Assembly (NCBI GenBank): GCA_041485465.1
Contig: JBGPJO010000005.1
Span: 1 to 53,348, forward strand
Direction of reading: 5' to 3'
Length of the DNA: 53,348 bases
Source: Minisyncoccia bacterium
GTDB taxonomy: Bacteria; Patescibacteriota; Minisyncoccia; Phycocordibacterales; JAKFXT01
Numbering within the stretch: position 1 is the stretch's first letter; every line of letters begins with the position of its first letter. The notes beneath the pieces were generated by a model that did no database searches, had not been told where the DNA came from, and saw nothing but the letters and a program-made list of their open reading frames with translations. The position numbers were made by a program, and so were the translations under genes. This document shows positions 17,830 to 27,878 of the stretch, one piece after another.

Positions 17830-17864
17830 GAAGCACTGTATCAAAATCCTGATATACTTTCGGT

Positions 17865-18644
17865 GTGTCTTTTCATAAAAAAATAAAGAGCTGGCTTGTC
17901 GATTATGGATATATGCTTCGGGGAGTGGTCAGCTCAATTGTCTATCGCAAGCCTCCTCACCACTACCTCGGCTTTAGAGTAGAAGGAAAAGTCTCTGTCA
18001 TTTTGATTCCGGGCATTTTGGGAAAATGGGGATTTATGCGAAAGCTGGGAAACAAAATATCGCTCCAAGGCCATCCTGTATATATCGTCCCTCAACTTGG
18101 ATACAACATTTACAGCATCCCCTCTTCCGCAAAAACCCTGCGCTCATTTATAGTACATATCTTCCCCAGACGGGGACATATAGTACCTAGAATTTCAAAG
18201 GGAGCCCGCGCGGTTAGAGAAATTATCGAAAAAGAGAATCTGCGAGGGGTTGCATTGGTAGCCCATAGCAAGGGCGGCCTCATAGGAAAATATTTACTGA
18301 CCCACCACAACACCGACAATAGAGTGCTTGGCATGGTCGCCATTGCCTCACCCTTCTCCGGTTCGGCCATGGCAAAGCTCGTACCGCTCGAACCCTTTAA
18401 AGAACTCAACACCGACAGTAAAATTATCCGTGACCTGGAGACGCACAAGACTGTTAACAAAAAAATTATTTCAATAATTCCAGAATACGATAACCACGTA
18501 TGGGCTGAACGGGGCAGTTTTCTTGAAGGGGCGGAGAATATCGAAGTTCCCGTTCATGGGCACCATAAGGTGATATTTGACATGAAAGTGCAAAAAATTG
18601 TCTTGCAATCGATAGACAAAATTACCTCTTGGCTTAGGACCTAA
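17865..18644 (+). CDS. Alpha/beta-hydrolase fold protein (lipase/PGAP1-like)
   Basis: 259 aa with VILIPGILG and an AHSKGG nucleophile elbow. It has a GTG start, which is uncertain. Confidence 0.75.
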   Translation: MSFHKKIKSWLVDYGYMLRGVVSSIVYRKPPHHYLGFRVEGKVSVILIPGILGKWGFMRKLGNKISLQGHPVYIVPQLGYNIYSIPSSAKTLRSFIVHIFPRRGHIVPRISKGARAVREIIEKENLRGVALVAHSKGGLIGKYLLTHHNTDNRVLGMVAIASPFSGSAMAKLVPLEPFKELNTDSKIIRDLETHKTVNKKIISIIPEYDNHVWAERGSFLEGAENIEVPVHGHHKVIFDMKVQKIVLQSIDKITSWLRT

Positions 18645-18821
18645 GCGCCAGCGTTTGTAATCAAAATCACTACCTCGCCACAAATGGCAGAAGCCCCATG
18701 AAGCGGCACACTTCAACACCGGAAATTCTTTTTTGACAAAAAAAATAAAAAACGGTAGGCTTCCGAAAGAATCAGAGAACGAACATTTTGTTCATCTTCC
18801 CCACCAAGTGAGGAGAGTGTC

Positions 18822-19433
18822 ATGAGCGGTACCGGTGAAAAATCGGTTGTTAACCTACCGACAGAGCGGGAAATAATAACCCCCAAAAGGAAAGTCCCCG
18901 GCGGCTACAGTATTTGGGTTGAACGTGATAAAGATGGGGTAACCCTTTATCTCATGAGCGAGCATAACGAGTGTGGCCGCATAGAAGAACTGCGGACAAA
19001 GGTGCTTTTCGTGGACAACTACGTAATGGGAAAGTGGGAGCGCATCCGGGATGAGTTATTTTTGGCCCGTGCCGGAGCAGGTATAGGAATGGTGCTACTC
19101 TGTATCCTTGCCTTATTCGGGATACGAGATCTCGAATCCTACTCGACCTCTCAGATATTTTCGATGCATCTGGTGCCGTGGCTTCGGCTTGACTGGGCGA
19201 TCGCGGCGTTTGGCGCATGGTTGGTTTTCATCTTCCTGCTGAAGCACGCTAGGCACTTCGTAAGCCTCCTCGAAAGGTCGAGAAAAGAGCATTTCGTTTC
19301 GTACAACTTTTCTGAAACATCTAAGACACAAGAAAAGCTGTCTCCCTACGAATTGGCCGACAGAATATGCAGCCTTTCGGATGGCTGGAAAGGAATCAAA
19401 AGAAGTTCACATGTTCTCATAAAAGAAACCTGA
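18822..19433 (+). CDS. Hypothetical membrane protein
   Basis: 203 aa. The ATG is preceded by GAGGAGAG. It has two central TM spans and is followed by a terminator. Confidence 0.65.
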   Translation: MSGTGEKSVVNLPTEREIITPKRKVPGGYSIWVERDKDGVTLYLMSEHNECGRIEELRTKVLFVDNYVMGKWERIRDELFLARAGAGIGMVLLCILALFGIRDLESYSTSQIFSMHLVPWLRLDWAIAAFGAWLVFIFLLKHARHFVSLLERSRKEHFVSYNFSETSKTQEKLSPYELADRICSLSDGWKGIKRSSHVLIKET

Positions 19434-19449
19434 TCATCTTCCATCAATT

Positions 19450-19479
19450 CGCCCCGCTTCGTGCGGGGCGTTCTTTTTT
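19450..19479 (+). terminator. Intrinsic terminator
   Basis: CGCCCCGC ttcgt GCGGGGCG followed by TTCTTTTTT. Confidence 0.65.
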
Positions 19480-19681
19480 ACCTCGCCGAAAATGGGAGAA
19501 GTCCCATGAAACGTGCGCGCTTGACGGCAAGTTGGAGTTTGCGCTGGTTTTTCGCGGCAACTCCCGTTTTTCTTCCAGACATAACGCGGCCATGAGGCGT
19601 CAGAAACTTTTTCAAAAGCTCGATGTCTTTGTAATCGATGTGCTTTATATTATTTTGTGAAAAGTAACACTGTTTTTTCAT
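19478..19681 (-). CDS. rpsR: 30S ribosomal protein bS18
   Basis: 67 aa containing [50 protein letters not shown]. Confidence 0.93.
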   Translation of the reverse strand: MKKQCYFSQNNIKHIDYKDIELLKKFLTPHGRVMSGRKTGVAAKNQRKLQLAVKRARFMGLLPFSAR

Positions 19682-19689
19682 GGAATTTT

Positions 19690-20127
19690 TTAAAACGGAA
19701 TGTCTTCAGGATTAATTTCTTCTTCCGGATACTCTATCGCGCTTCCTTCTTGCTTTAGCTCTTTCGGCTCGCTGGGGACAGCGCTTCCGGCGACACCACT
19801 TCCTTTTGGCCCAAACTGGACGCGGTCGGCGACAATTTCCGTGCGATATTTCTTTACTCCATCCTGACCATCCCAGCTTCTTGTTTGCATCCTGCCTTCA
19901 ACCAAAACCGAATTGCCTTTGTGAAGATACTGAGCGACATTTTCAGCCTGCCGTCCGAAGACAACGATATTATGAAAATCAGCCGCCTCTTGCTTTTTCC
20001 CCTCCTTGTCCTTCCATACCCTGTTGGTAGCAACTGAAAATGAAGCGACTTGAATCCCCGAGGGGAGCGCCCGAAGCTCCGGATCGCGGGTCAAATTACC
20101 TATGACAAATGCTTTGTTGAGATACAT
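19690..20127 (-). CDS. ssb: Single-stranded DNA-binding protein
   Basis: OB-fold N-terminus ([21 protein letters not shown]...[14 protein letters not shown]) and an acidic tail ending in DIPF. Confidence 0.93.
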   Translation of the reverse strand: MYLNKAFVIGNLTRDPELRALPSGIQVASFSVATNRVWKDKEGKKQEAADFHNIVVFGRQAENVAQYLHKGNSVLVEGRMQTRSWDGQDGVKKYRTEIVADRVQFGPKGSGVAGSAVPSEPKELKQEGSAIEYPEEEINPEDIPF

Positions 20128-20135
20128 GGAACTTT

Positions 20136-20621
20136 TTATTCGGCGATAAGCGCTTCAATCGTCTTATCAAGCTCGGCCTCTGAAATAGGGGTGACCGGGG
20201 TCGCTCCTTTTTCCGGTCTGAATTTTTCGGGCTCGATCTTGCCCATGACCTTACGCTCGCGTGGCATTAAAGCTTCCGGCACCGTTTCAATAAGCAAAAA
20301 ACGAAGAATGGTCGGGATTTTTTCTATCTCATTTTTAATTTCAATGATTGCTTGCGCGGTCGCTTCAAAGGTAACTGAGCCGAAATAGGCCGTGCTGAAA
20401 TGAGTATTTTTTCCGCTTGCGTGTTTCGACATTGTATATAAGAGGGTACGAAGCGTTGGCCGCTCGGAGGCTTTCACTGCCCCTGCGTGCTTGCTCAGAA
20501 TCTCATTGATGTGAGAAACTTCCGCTTCAACCGCATCTTCGGCAACAGTCGGTAAAATAAGAAAGCCGACCTCATAGAGGCCGTACTCTCCGTCTTTCAC
20601 GTCCCTGTCCTCGCTTTCCAT
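20136..20621 (-). CDS. rpsF: 30S ribosomal protein bS6 with a C-terminal extension
   Basis: It occupies the rpsF-ssb-rpsR position, with an S6-like core (YEVGFLILP...LAYTM-type block). The ATG at 20621 is preferred because the longer track ORF would overlap tatD. Confidence 0.78.
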   Translation of the reverse strand: MESEDRDVKDGEYGLYEVGFLILPTVAEDAVEAEVSHINEILSKHAGAVKASERPTLRTLLYTMSKHASGKNTHFSTAYFGSVTFEATAQAIIEIKNEIEKIPTILRFLLIETVPEALMPRERKVMGKIEPEKFRPEKGATPVTPISEAELDKTIEALIAE

Positions 20622-20667
20622 TGGGCTAGACAATATCACAGCGCTTAAGTGAATGCAATCGAGAACC

Positions 20668-21468
20668 TTACAGCGGGAGATTAAATATCCTTTTTGCGTT
20701 CTGAACGACACGCGAGCCGACCCTCTCTTCGCTTTCCCCCTTAAGTTTCGCAATCTTTCTTACTGTTTCAATCACAAAAACAGGTTCATTGCGCTTCCCC
20801 CTGAAGGGTACAGGGGAGGCGTAGGGCGCGTCGGTTTCGGAAAGAATCATATCGAACGGGCATCCCCTCACCAGAGAATCATATTCCGAAGCGAACGTTA
20901 TCACTCCGGAAAATGATACTGAAAAACCGATTGCGAAATATTGATTCGCGATCTCCGGCGTTCCGGTGAAGAAATGAATGTTGCCCCATAGTTTTTCGCC
21001 GTACTTTTTCTTCTTTTCAGAGAGAATCGAGAGCATTTCTTCATGAGCATCCATTGTTCCCATTTTTGGACGGCAATGGATCATCAGGGGCTTCCCTAAA
21101 AAGACGGCAAATTCAATTTGCTTTAAAAAATTTTCTCTCTGCCGTTCTTTTTCATCAGCCGCCCCACCTTTCAAACGAAAATAATCGAGCCCGCACTCTC
21201 CTATTGCAACAACTTTTTCGTGTTTGCCGAGCTTCTCGTAATCGGAAGGATTGAAAGATGCTTTCGTATCGGTGGGATGAAGCCCGATGGTCGCCCAAAG
21301 AAAATCATGCTCTTCCGCAAGCGCGACCGCTTTTCGCGAGCTTTCAAGATGGGTGCCGACAGTGAACGCCCCGACCCCTTTTTCTTTCATTCGCGCAAGC
21401 ACCTCTTTGCGATCTACATCATAGTCCTTGTCGTGGATATGAGAATGTACGTCAAAATAGCGAATCAT
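20668..21468 (-). CDS. tatD: TatD-family metal-dependent hydrolase
   Basis: FDVHSHIHD at the N-terminus, AIGECGLDY, IHCR and LSETDAPY blocks. Confidence 0.9.
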   Translation of the reverse strand: MIRYFDVHSHIHDKDYDVDRKEVLARMKEKGVGAFTVGTHLESSRKAVALAEEHDFLWATIGLHPTDTKASFNPSDYEKLGKHEKVVAIGECGLDYFRLKGGAADEKERQRENFLKQIEFAVFLGKPLMIHCRPKMGTMDAHEEMLSILSEKKKKYGEKLWGNIHFFTGTPEIANQYFAIGFSVSFSGVITFASEYDSLVRGCPFDMILSETDAPYASPVPFRGKRNEPVFVIETVRKIAKLKGESEERVGSRVVQNAKRIFNLPL

Positions 21469-22913
21469 CAGTCTTTGCGGGGGAAAAGATTTTCCGGTTT
21501 TTTGTTTGCAATAATTGCATCCGTAATTTTCTTACTTGTTTCTGGCATAAACGGCACCAACAAATAGGAAATATGGTATAGGTTCTTGACGAGATCAGAA
21601 ATGATTCTTTTTCCCTCTTCTGGATCATCTTTCACAACACTAAATGGTTTCTTGTGGTCTATTTCTGAATCAACTTTGCGAATCTCACGAAAAACATGGT
21701 CTGATACCTGATCAATTCGATAGCTTTTAAATCCTTCTGTATATTCTTTCTGTAGTTCAGGCGCTGTTAAATCTTGAACTTTCGTCGACAGATGTGTTTG
21801 TGCTAATTGCATAATGCGAGCGACAAGATTACCGAGCCCGTCTACAAGATCCCCACCATATACAGCCCTGAATCGCCCAATGGTTAGGTCTGTGTCATTA
21901 AATGGATGAGTGTGCTGAGCTAAAAAATGACGCACAGTCTCTGGCCCATACTCTTTAATTAAATCGTTTGGGTCAACAACGTTCCCGATTGATTTTGACA
22001 TTTTTTCTCCCCCAATCGTGACATAGCCGTGAATGAATACCTTTGATGGCAATCGAATGCCTGCTGAAAGAAGAATCGCCGGCCAGTAAATCGTATGAAA
22101 ACGATTTACGCCCTTGCCTATGACGTGGACGCGTTCATCACCTTCTTGCCAATAGTTGGTAAATTTTTCAGAATTTTCAGCGTAACCGAGTGCGGTAATA
22201 TAGTTTGAAAGTGCGTCAAACCACACATAGATCATCTGGCTCTCATCTCCCGGCACCGGAATTCCCCAGCCATGCGCCCTTTCTTTTGATCGTGAGATGC
22301 TAAAATCTTCAAGCCCTCCTTTAATGAAAGCGAGTGTTTCGTTTTTTCTGATTTCGGGAATTATCTGAAGCTCGCCTGATACGATCACCTTTTCAATCTG
22401 GTCTTTATAATTCGAAAGTTTGAAAAAATAATTCTCTTCCTCAATTTCTTCAAGCTTCACGCCGAGATGCTCCGGGCATTCTCCACTGACAAGAATTTTT
22501 TCGGTTTTGAATTCTTCGCAACCGACACAGTAAAAACCTTTATACTTTTTTTTGTATATATCTTCTTTTTTGCATGAGTTCCAAAGTTTTTCTACCCCTG
22601 CTATATGCCGCCGATCAGTACTTGTCCGTATGAAATCGTCGTTTGAAATAGTAAGATCCCGAAGAAGTGACCTGAAATTTTCAGCGTTTTTATTGACGTA
22701 GTCGGCTACCGGCTCTCCGGCCGCTTCCGCCGCCCTGACATTTTTAAGAGCATTGTCATCGGTACCGCTCAAGAAAAAAACATCTTCATTAAGAAGTCTC
22801 TTGTATCGGGCGATGATATCAGCCTGTACAAATTCAAGTGCGTGACCTAGGTGAGGACGCGCATTTACATATGGAATAGAGGTACTAATGAAAAAAGTTT
22901 TCTTTTCTCTCAT
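21468..22913 (-). CDS. metG: Methionyl-tRNA synthetase (short form, no C-terminal tRNA-binding domain)
   Basis: Class I HLGH motif (PHLGHALE), a CxxC knuckle (YCVGCEEF) and KMSKS (GEKMSKSIGN). Confidence 0.93.
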   Translation of the reverse strand: MREKKTFFISTSIPYVNARPHLGHALEFVQADIIARYKRLLNEDVFFLSGTDDNALKNVRAAEAAGEPVADYVNKNAENFRSLLRDLTISNDDFIRTSTDRRHIAGVEKLWNSCKKEDIYKKKYKGFYCVGCEEFKTEKILVSGECPEHLGVKLEEIEEENYFFKLSNYKDQIEKVIVSGELQIIPEIRKNETLAFIKGGLEDFSISRSKERAHGWGIPVPGDESQMIYVWFDALSNYITALGYAENSEKFTNYWQEGDERVHVIGKGVNRFHTIYWPAILLSAGIRLPSKVFIHGYVTIGGEKMSKSIGNVVDPNDLIKEYGPETVRHFLAQHTHPFNDTDLTIGRFRAVYGGDLVDGLGNLVARIMQLAQTHLSTKVQDLTAPELQKEYTEGFKSYRIDQVSDHVFREIRKVDSEIDHKKPFSVVKDDPEEGKRIISDLVKNLYHISYLLVPFMPETSKKITDAIIANKKPENLFPRKD

Positions 22914-22926
22914 AGGGTGCGGGATT

Positions 22927-24012
22927 TTAGAGGAACTCCGGTTCTTTTCCTTGGAGTTTCGCCTTGTTTACATCGTCGATGTATTCTTTAAGGGCGCCGG
23001 CAATCGGAACCGAGAGAATGATGCCCAAGAAACCGGCGACTTTCGCGCCGACGATCAATCCGATAATGACGAGAAGCGGAGGAACCCCAACCACCTTCCG
23101 AACAACGAGCGGATAAATCAGATGACTTTCAAATTGCTGAACAATGAGATAAAGACCAACCGTTAAAAAGCCGAGTGATACGCCGCCCGTGCCGAAAGCA
23201 ACGATGACCGCGGGAATCGCGGCGAGAATCGGCCCAAAAACCGGAATGAGCTCGAAAAGCGCAATAAGGGGAGCAAGAAAAAGCGCGTAGGGCACTCCTA
23301 AAATCACAAGACCAAGATAGGTCAAAACGCCAACAATCAGTCCGAGAAGAAGCTGTCCTTGCATCCAGAGGCCAATTTTAATCTGGGAGCGCTTCCAGAG
23401 TGATAAAACATACTTTTGATGCCGCAAAGGGGTGACGACCTGCAAAAAATCATCAACACCGGTTTCTTGGACGGCAAAATAAAATGAAAGAACGACAATC
23501 AAAATAAAGCCAAAAACACCGCCGAAAAGAGTGCTTGTTGTTTTGAAAATGCCACCCGAAGCATCGGTTGCGAACGAACGGAAATTCTCAAAAACATCCT
23601 TGAGCGGAATAAAATCGCTGAATTGAGAAAAATTTCCCGGAGCAAAACTTTCAATGCTTGTCTTTTCAATAACCGCAAGCCTGTCGGGAAGATTATTTAA
23701 AAAGTTAATTGTCTCATCAAGAAGGGGCGGCACGAGAAAATAGAACGTTCCAAAAAAGACGGTCGCAATGATGAGATACATGATCAGAACCGCGGCAGGA
23801 CGCGCTATTCGCCATTTTTTGAGGCGTATAATACCGGGTTCGATTGCCGAGGCAATGACGATCGCCGTGAGAATGATCAGAACAAGATCGCGAACATAAA
23901 AAATGAGTGCGGTAAGAAGAACAAGGAGAATCACCCTAAGGATTGTGCCGGTTGTAATTTGAATTGTCGCCCCTTCGCCTTTCATGCTTCGCATGATAGC
24001 AGAGCGTCCCAA
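22927..24012 (-). CDS. AI-2E family transporter (UPF0118/PerM-like permease)
   Basis: 361 aa with about 8 TM spans and a conserved C-terminal region (LIPVFGPILAAIPAVIVA...SHLIYPLVV). Confidence 0.85.
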   Translation of the reverse strand: MGRSAIMRSMKGEGATIQITTGTILRVILLVLLTALIFYVRDLVLIILTAIVIASAIEPGIIRLKKWRIARPAAVLIMYLIIATVFFGTFYFLVPPLLDETINFLNNLPDRLAVIEKTSIESFAPGNFSQFSDFIPLKDVFENFRSFATDASGGIFKTTSTLFGGVFGFILIVVLSFYFAVQETGVDDFLQVVTPLRHQKYVLSLWKRSQIKIGLWMQGQLLLGLIVGVLTYLGLVILGVPYALFLAPLIALFELIPVFGPILAAIPAVIVAFGTGGVSLGFLTVGLYLIVQQFESHLIYPLVVRKVVGVPPLLVIIGLIVGAKVAGFLGIILSVPIAGALKEYIDDVNKAKLQGKEPEFL

Positions 24013-24035
24013 AAAAAAGAAGCTCTGCCTCGCTT

Positions 24036-25349
24036 TTAGAGAATCGCCGCTGCTATCCGCTTTGCGATTTGATCAACGGCCACCCGGTCCTGTTTTCCCG
24101 TGTCACGGTCACGAAGAGTCACGGTATCTTCTTCAAGAGTTCGAAAATCAACTGTCACGCAATACGGCGTACCGATTTCATCCTGTCTTCGGTAGCGTTT
24201 GCCGATATTGCCATTGTCATCAAACATCACTGTCGGAACTTTTTCGGCAATAAGCGTATAGATGGCGCGAGCTTTCGAGACAAGCTCCGGTTTATTTTTA
24301 AGAAGCGGAAACACGGCCGCTTTTACCGGCGCCACCTTCGGTGAGAGTTTGAGAAACACCCGCTTCTCCCCTTCACCTCCCATTTCATCTTCGCTATAAG
24401 CAGACAGGAGAACGGCAAGTATCGTTCTCTCAAGGCCGAATGACGGCTCTATAACATGTGGTATAAAACGCTCTTTGGCCTCCTCATCATAGTACGAAAG
24501 ATCAACACCGGAGGCCGAGGCGTGATTCTTCAAATCATAGTCGGTGCGATAGGCAAGCCCATAGAGCTCTTTTTTGCCAAAGGGAAAATCAAATTCAAAA
24601 TCGACAGTGCGTTTTGAGTAATGGGCGCGGTCCTTTGGTAGAACTTCAAGCTCGTGTACTTTGTCTCGATTAATCCCAACAAGATCAACCCATCGCCACA
24701 TATCTTTTCTCCAGTACTCAAACCATTTCTCCCATTCCGCTTCTTTCACAAAATATTCGAATTCCATCAAATCAAATTCACGCAACCGAAACAAAAAATC
24801 ACGTGGCGCGATCTCATTCCGGAACGCCTTGCCGATCTGGGCAATGCCGAACGGAATCCTCGGGTGGAAAGAGTCGAGGATATTTTTAAAATTAACAAAA
24901 ATACCTTGGGCGGTTTCTCCGCGCAAATACGAAGTTGATTTGTCTTCTTCAATAGCACCGAGAGAAACCGGGAAAAGCAGGTTGAATCGCTTTGTTTCGG
25001 AAAGTTTTCCGCCGCATTCGGGGCATTTTGAACTATCAGAGAGAAGGTCGGCGCGAAAACGTTTCTTGCACTTCGCGCACTCAACGAGTGGGTCGGAAAA
25101 GGTCGAAGTATGGCCGGATGCTTCCCAGACTTTACCGCTCATGATGATCGCGGCATCGAGTCCGTACATATCTTCCCGCTCTTCGACGAACATCCGCCAC
25201 CATAGATTCTTAATATTGTTCTTGAGCGCCACCCCTAACGGCCCATAATCCCACGTACCGGCAAGCCCACCGTAAATTTCCGATCCTTGAAATATAAAAC
25301 CGCGACGTTTGGCAAGTGCGGTTATTTTTTCAAGAAGAGACTCCTCCAT
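24036..25349 (-). CDS. glyQS: Glycyl-tRNA synthetase (alpha2 dimeric type)
   Basis: RGFIFQGSEIYGGLAGTWDYGPLG N-terminus, class II motifs (FRNEIAPRDFLFRLREFDLMEFEYF) and an anticodon-binding C-terminus. Confidence 0.93.
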   Translation of the reverse strand: MEESLLEKITALAKRRGFIFQGSEIYGGLAGTWDYGPLGVALKNNIKNLWWRMFVEEREDMYGLDAAIIMSGKVWEASGHTSTFSDPLVECAKCKKRFRADLLSDSSKCPECGGKLSETKRFNLLFPVSLGAIEEDKSTSYLRGETAQGIFVNFKNILDSFHPRIPFGIAQIGKAFRNEIAPRDFLFRLREFDLMEFEYFVKEAEWEKWFEYWRKDMWRWVDLVGINRDKVHELEVLPKDRAHYSKRTVDFEFDFPFGKKELYGLAYRTDYDLKNHASASGVDLSYYDEEAKERFIPHVIEPSFGLERTILAVLLSAYSEDEMGGEGEKRVFLKLSPKVAPVKAAVFPLLKNKPELVSKARAIYTLIAEKVPTVMFDDNGNIGKRYRRQDEIGTPYCVTVDFRTLEEDTVTLRDRDTGKQDRVAVDQIAKRIAAAIL

Positions 25350-25355
25350 AAACGC

Positions 25356-27260
25356 CTACTTTACCACAATATCGTCTCCAAGCTTAGCCGAAGAATCAGA
25401 AGTAAGACGAGTGCTAAGAGCTTCCTTAGCAAAAGAAATATTTGTATTCGTAAAATGATCGGTGGCGGAAAGTGAGGTACCACTTACGACTGAAGGAGCC
25501 ACCCCAACCTGGCTAATAGAGGGGGTAAGACCAATTTGAAATGCGGCCTGTCGCGGAGCACTCTCAAAACCGGTACCGGCTTTGACTGCGCCCGCGTTCC
25601 AGATCACTTGCCCGCCAATCTGACTGAATGATATTAATTCTCCGGGTGCAGTAGCAATGAAACGAACGTAGGAGGGCAAGGGTGCCGTGACGACAACATC
25701 ACTTAGATCGTTTGAACCGTTGGTAAGTGTCATAATCACCGTGTATGTCGTCTCGTGTTCCGCCTTCGGCGGCACGCTACCGGTATTCACAAATGGTCCG
25801 GAGTAATAAAGAAGTCTCGTGTTAAGCGCGACATCACTTTCAATTTGAAGGGTTCTCTTTTGCGATGCCACGATCTCTTCCGGCACTTGATTGCTCTCAC
25901 TCCTCTGTCCTTTGACGCTTGCCGAAAGAAGAATCTGTGGATTCCGTAGTGAGGCAATGCCCGATGAGAGAGATTTTGAAGCAAGCGAAAAACTCACCGT
26001 ACCGTTTCCCCCGGGGAGAATGGTCGCAAGCTGATCCGTCGTACTCTTATCCCAAATAACGGTATTATCAATTGAACGATAGAACCCTTTTTCCGCGGCA
26101 ACGGAGGTTTTTTCAAGCGCATCGCCTTGAAGCGAGACGGCAATCTCGACGTTCGATACCGGTACCAAAAGATTATTGGTGTACGTGACATCAACCCGAA
26201 CCGGTTTTCCGCTCTTTGTCGAAATCGTTTCGTCGCTTAAGCCATTTAAAGCAATGGAGAGCCCTATGAATGATTTTTTGATTGAAAGTTCCTGCATCAC
26301 GTCCGCAAAGGGGGTGGCGATCACCTTGTTGTTCTTATCGCTGCCGATCCCCGTCTCAAAATGGAACACTTTGGTATCAAGATCTTCTCCGGTAAGTGTC
26401 CCCCGAATAGTAAACGTCCGCGAGCTTCCGGGCTTTACGTCGCCAAGCCGCCAGATACTATTTTCGGCAAAAGGTGACGGGTCTGATGACTTGAAACTGA
26501 AGCCAGACGGATAACTCGCTTTAAGCAAAACATTCTGCACGACATCGGCGGAATTCGAATTGATCGTCACCTGAAGAGAGAGGTCCTGGCCGCTGTTTGC
26601 TTCTTTTGGAGCATCAATGACAACGGAGAGCGGCGCGGAATTAATGACCACTTGATAATCGGATTCCTTGTAGAAGATGGCATTTGAACCGGGGACGCGA
26701 TACTCGACGGTAATTTTAATGTCTTTGACCGAGTGCTCCTCTCCGAAAAGCACGGCGGAAACTGTTTTTTTAACGGTTTGTCCCGAAGCGATGTCTCCAA
26801 GACCCTGGCGAATCCGCGGAAGTTGCTGTGAAATGTCGCTTGCATCTCTCGTCCCATCCGGATACTCAACGAGTAAATCGGCAACTTCAAGAGGCGTCGC
26901 ATTCCTGTTCGCAACTCCGATTTCAAGCGAAAGCGTATCGCCTCCGTTTATCGATACCGGGCCGTTTATCGCAATATCTATATTTTGCGAGGAGACAACA
27001 TTGGCGCCACCGAAATAAAGATACCCCGCATAGGAGAGCGCAACGACAAAAAAAACTGTCGAGGAAATAAAAAAGATTTTAAGTGTAGAGCGTCTTTTCG
27101 GCGCTTCACTTTTCTTTTGCGGGGCATGTCCCCAATCGGTTTTAACCAACCCCTGAGAAGAACGGAGCCGATGCTCGCGGATACCTTTTAGGGTTTCACT
27201 TCCCCGCGAATACATTTTTCGCTTTAAATTTTCAATTCGTGTCGAATCATTCTCTGCCAT
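25356..27260 (-). CDS. Hypothetical membrane-anchored protein with repeated beta-sandwich-like modules
   Basis: 634 aa: a basic cytoplasmic N-terminus, one TM span (LKIFFISSTVFFVVALSYAGYLYF), then a beta-rich ectodomain. Confidence 0.8.
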   Translation of the reverse strand: MAENDSTRIENLKRKMYSRGSETLKGIREHRLRSSQGLVKTDWGHAPQKKSEAPKRRSTLKIFFISSTVFFVVALSYAGYLYFGGANVVSSQNIDIAINGPVSINGGDTLSLEIGVANRNATPLEVADLLVEYPDGTRDASDISQQLPRIRQGLGDIASGQTVKKTVSAVLFGEEHSVKDIKITVEYRVPGSNAIFYKESDYQVVINSAPLSVVIDAPKEANSGQDLSLQVTINSNSADVVQNVLLKASYPSGFSFKSSDPSPFAENSIWRLGDVKPGSSRTFTIRGTLTGEDLDTKVFHFETGIGSDKNNKVIATPFADVMQELSIKKSFIGLSIALNGLSDETISTKSGKPVRVDVTYTNNLLVPVSNVEIAVSLQGDALEKTSVAAEKGFYRSIDNTVIWDKSTTDQLATILPGGNGTVSFSLASKSLSSGIASLRNPQILLSASVKGQRSESNQVPEEIVASQKRTLQIESDVALNTRLLYYSGPFVNTGSVPPKAEHETTYTVIMTLTNGSNDLSDVVVTAPLPSYVRFIATAPGELISFSQIGGQVIWNAGAVKAGTGFESAPRQAAFQIGLTPSISQVGVAPSVVSGTSLSATDHFTNTNISFAKEALSTRLTSDSSAKLGDDIVVK

Positions 27261-27284
27261 AGAGGTCTTTCCATTTTAGCACGA

Positions 27285-27878
27285 TCAGAGGTGGCTCTCC
27301 GAAAGCGCCGCGTTTATATCGGTGAGCAATTTTTTTTCAAGTGGCGCAATACCCTCAAGAATTTCTTTACTTATTTCCGAATCCCTAAAGAATACCCGGT
27401 ACTCGGGAGCTGGAGAAAAATAACCAAGCGCAAAGAGCATCCGGGCGACAGTGACAAGCTCAAGGTGCTTCAAGAAAGATTCCCCCGGCTTTTCTTCCGC
27501 GAGGAAACGGAGCGTATTTTCAAGGATCAAAAAAAGAAGCCTGTTCGCTCCCTCGCCCTGAACGAGACGTGAAACAAGATCAAGCAGATGTTTGATAAGT
27601 GACATCTTCTCCACGTCACCTTTGAAATCAACAAAAAAATGGTTGGCATTTTTCGCCCCGATAACTCTCCAGTATTCCTTTCCCCGAACAAGCGCTACTT
27701 CGCTTCGAGAAAAAACCTGGAGACTGTAACGAAGTTTTGATTTCTCTCCGCGGATATTCTGGGCAAGAGCCCTGACCAGCCCGAAATCGCGCGTAAACAA
27801 ATTAAACAAGCGGTTTCCTTCACTTAGATTACGGGCAGAAAGGCTAAACGCGTCCGTTTCGTATGTTTCGTAAACCAT
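27285..27878 (-). CDS. recO: DNA repair protein RecO (short form)
   Basis: 197 aa. The N-terminal OB-like region (TDAFSLSARNLSEGNRLFNLFTRDFGLVRALAQNIRGEKSKLR) matches my recollection of RecO. I see no zinc finger. Confidence 0.6.
   Translation of the reverse strand: MVYETYETDAFSLSARNLSEGNRLFNLFTRDFGLVRALAQNIRGEKSKLRYSLQVFSRSEVALVRGKEYWRVIGAKNANHFFVDFKGDVEKMSLIKHLLDLVSRLVQGEGANRLLFLILENTLRFLAEEKPGESFLKHLELVTVARMLFALGYFSPAPEYRVFFRDSEISKEILEGIAPLEKKLLTDINAALSESHL

Noticed and set aside
24661-25248. 195-aa plus-strand ORF and other antisense ORFs within glyQS
   Set aside because: They are antisense to a well-conserved synthetase gene, and their translations are Ser/Arg-rich and low in complexity.
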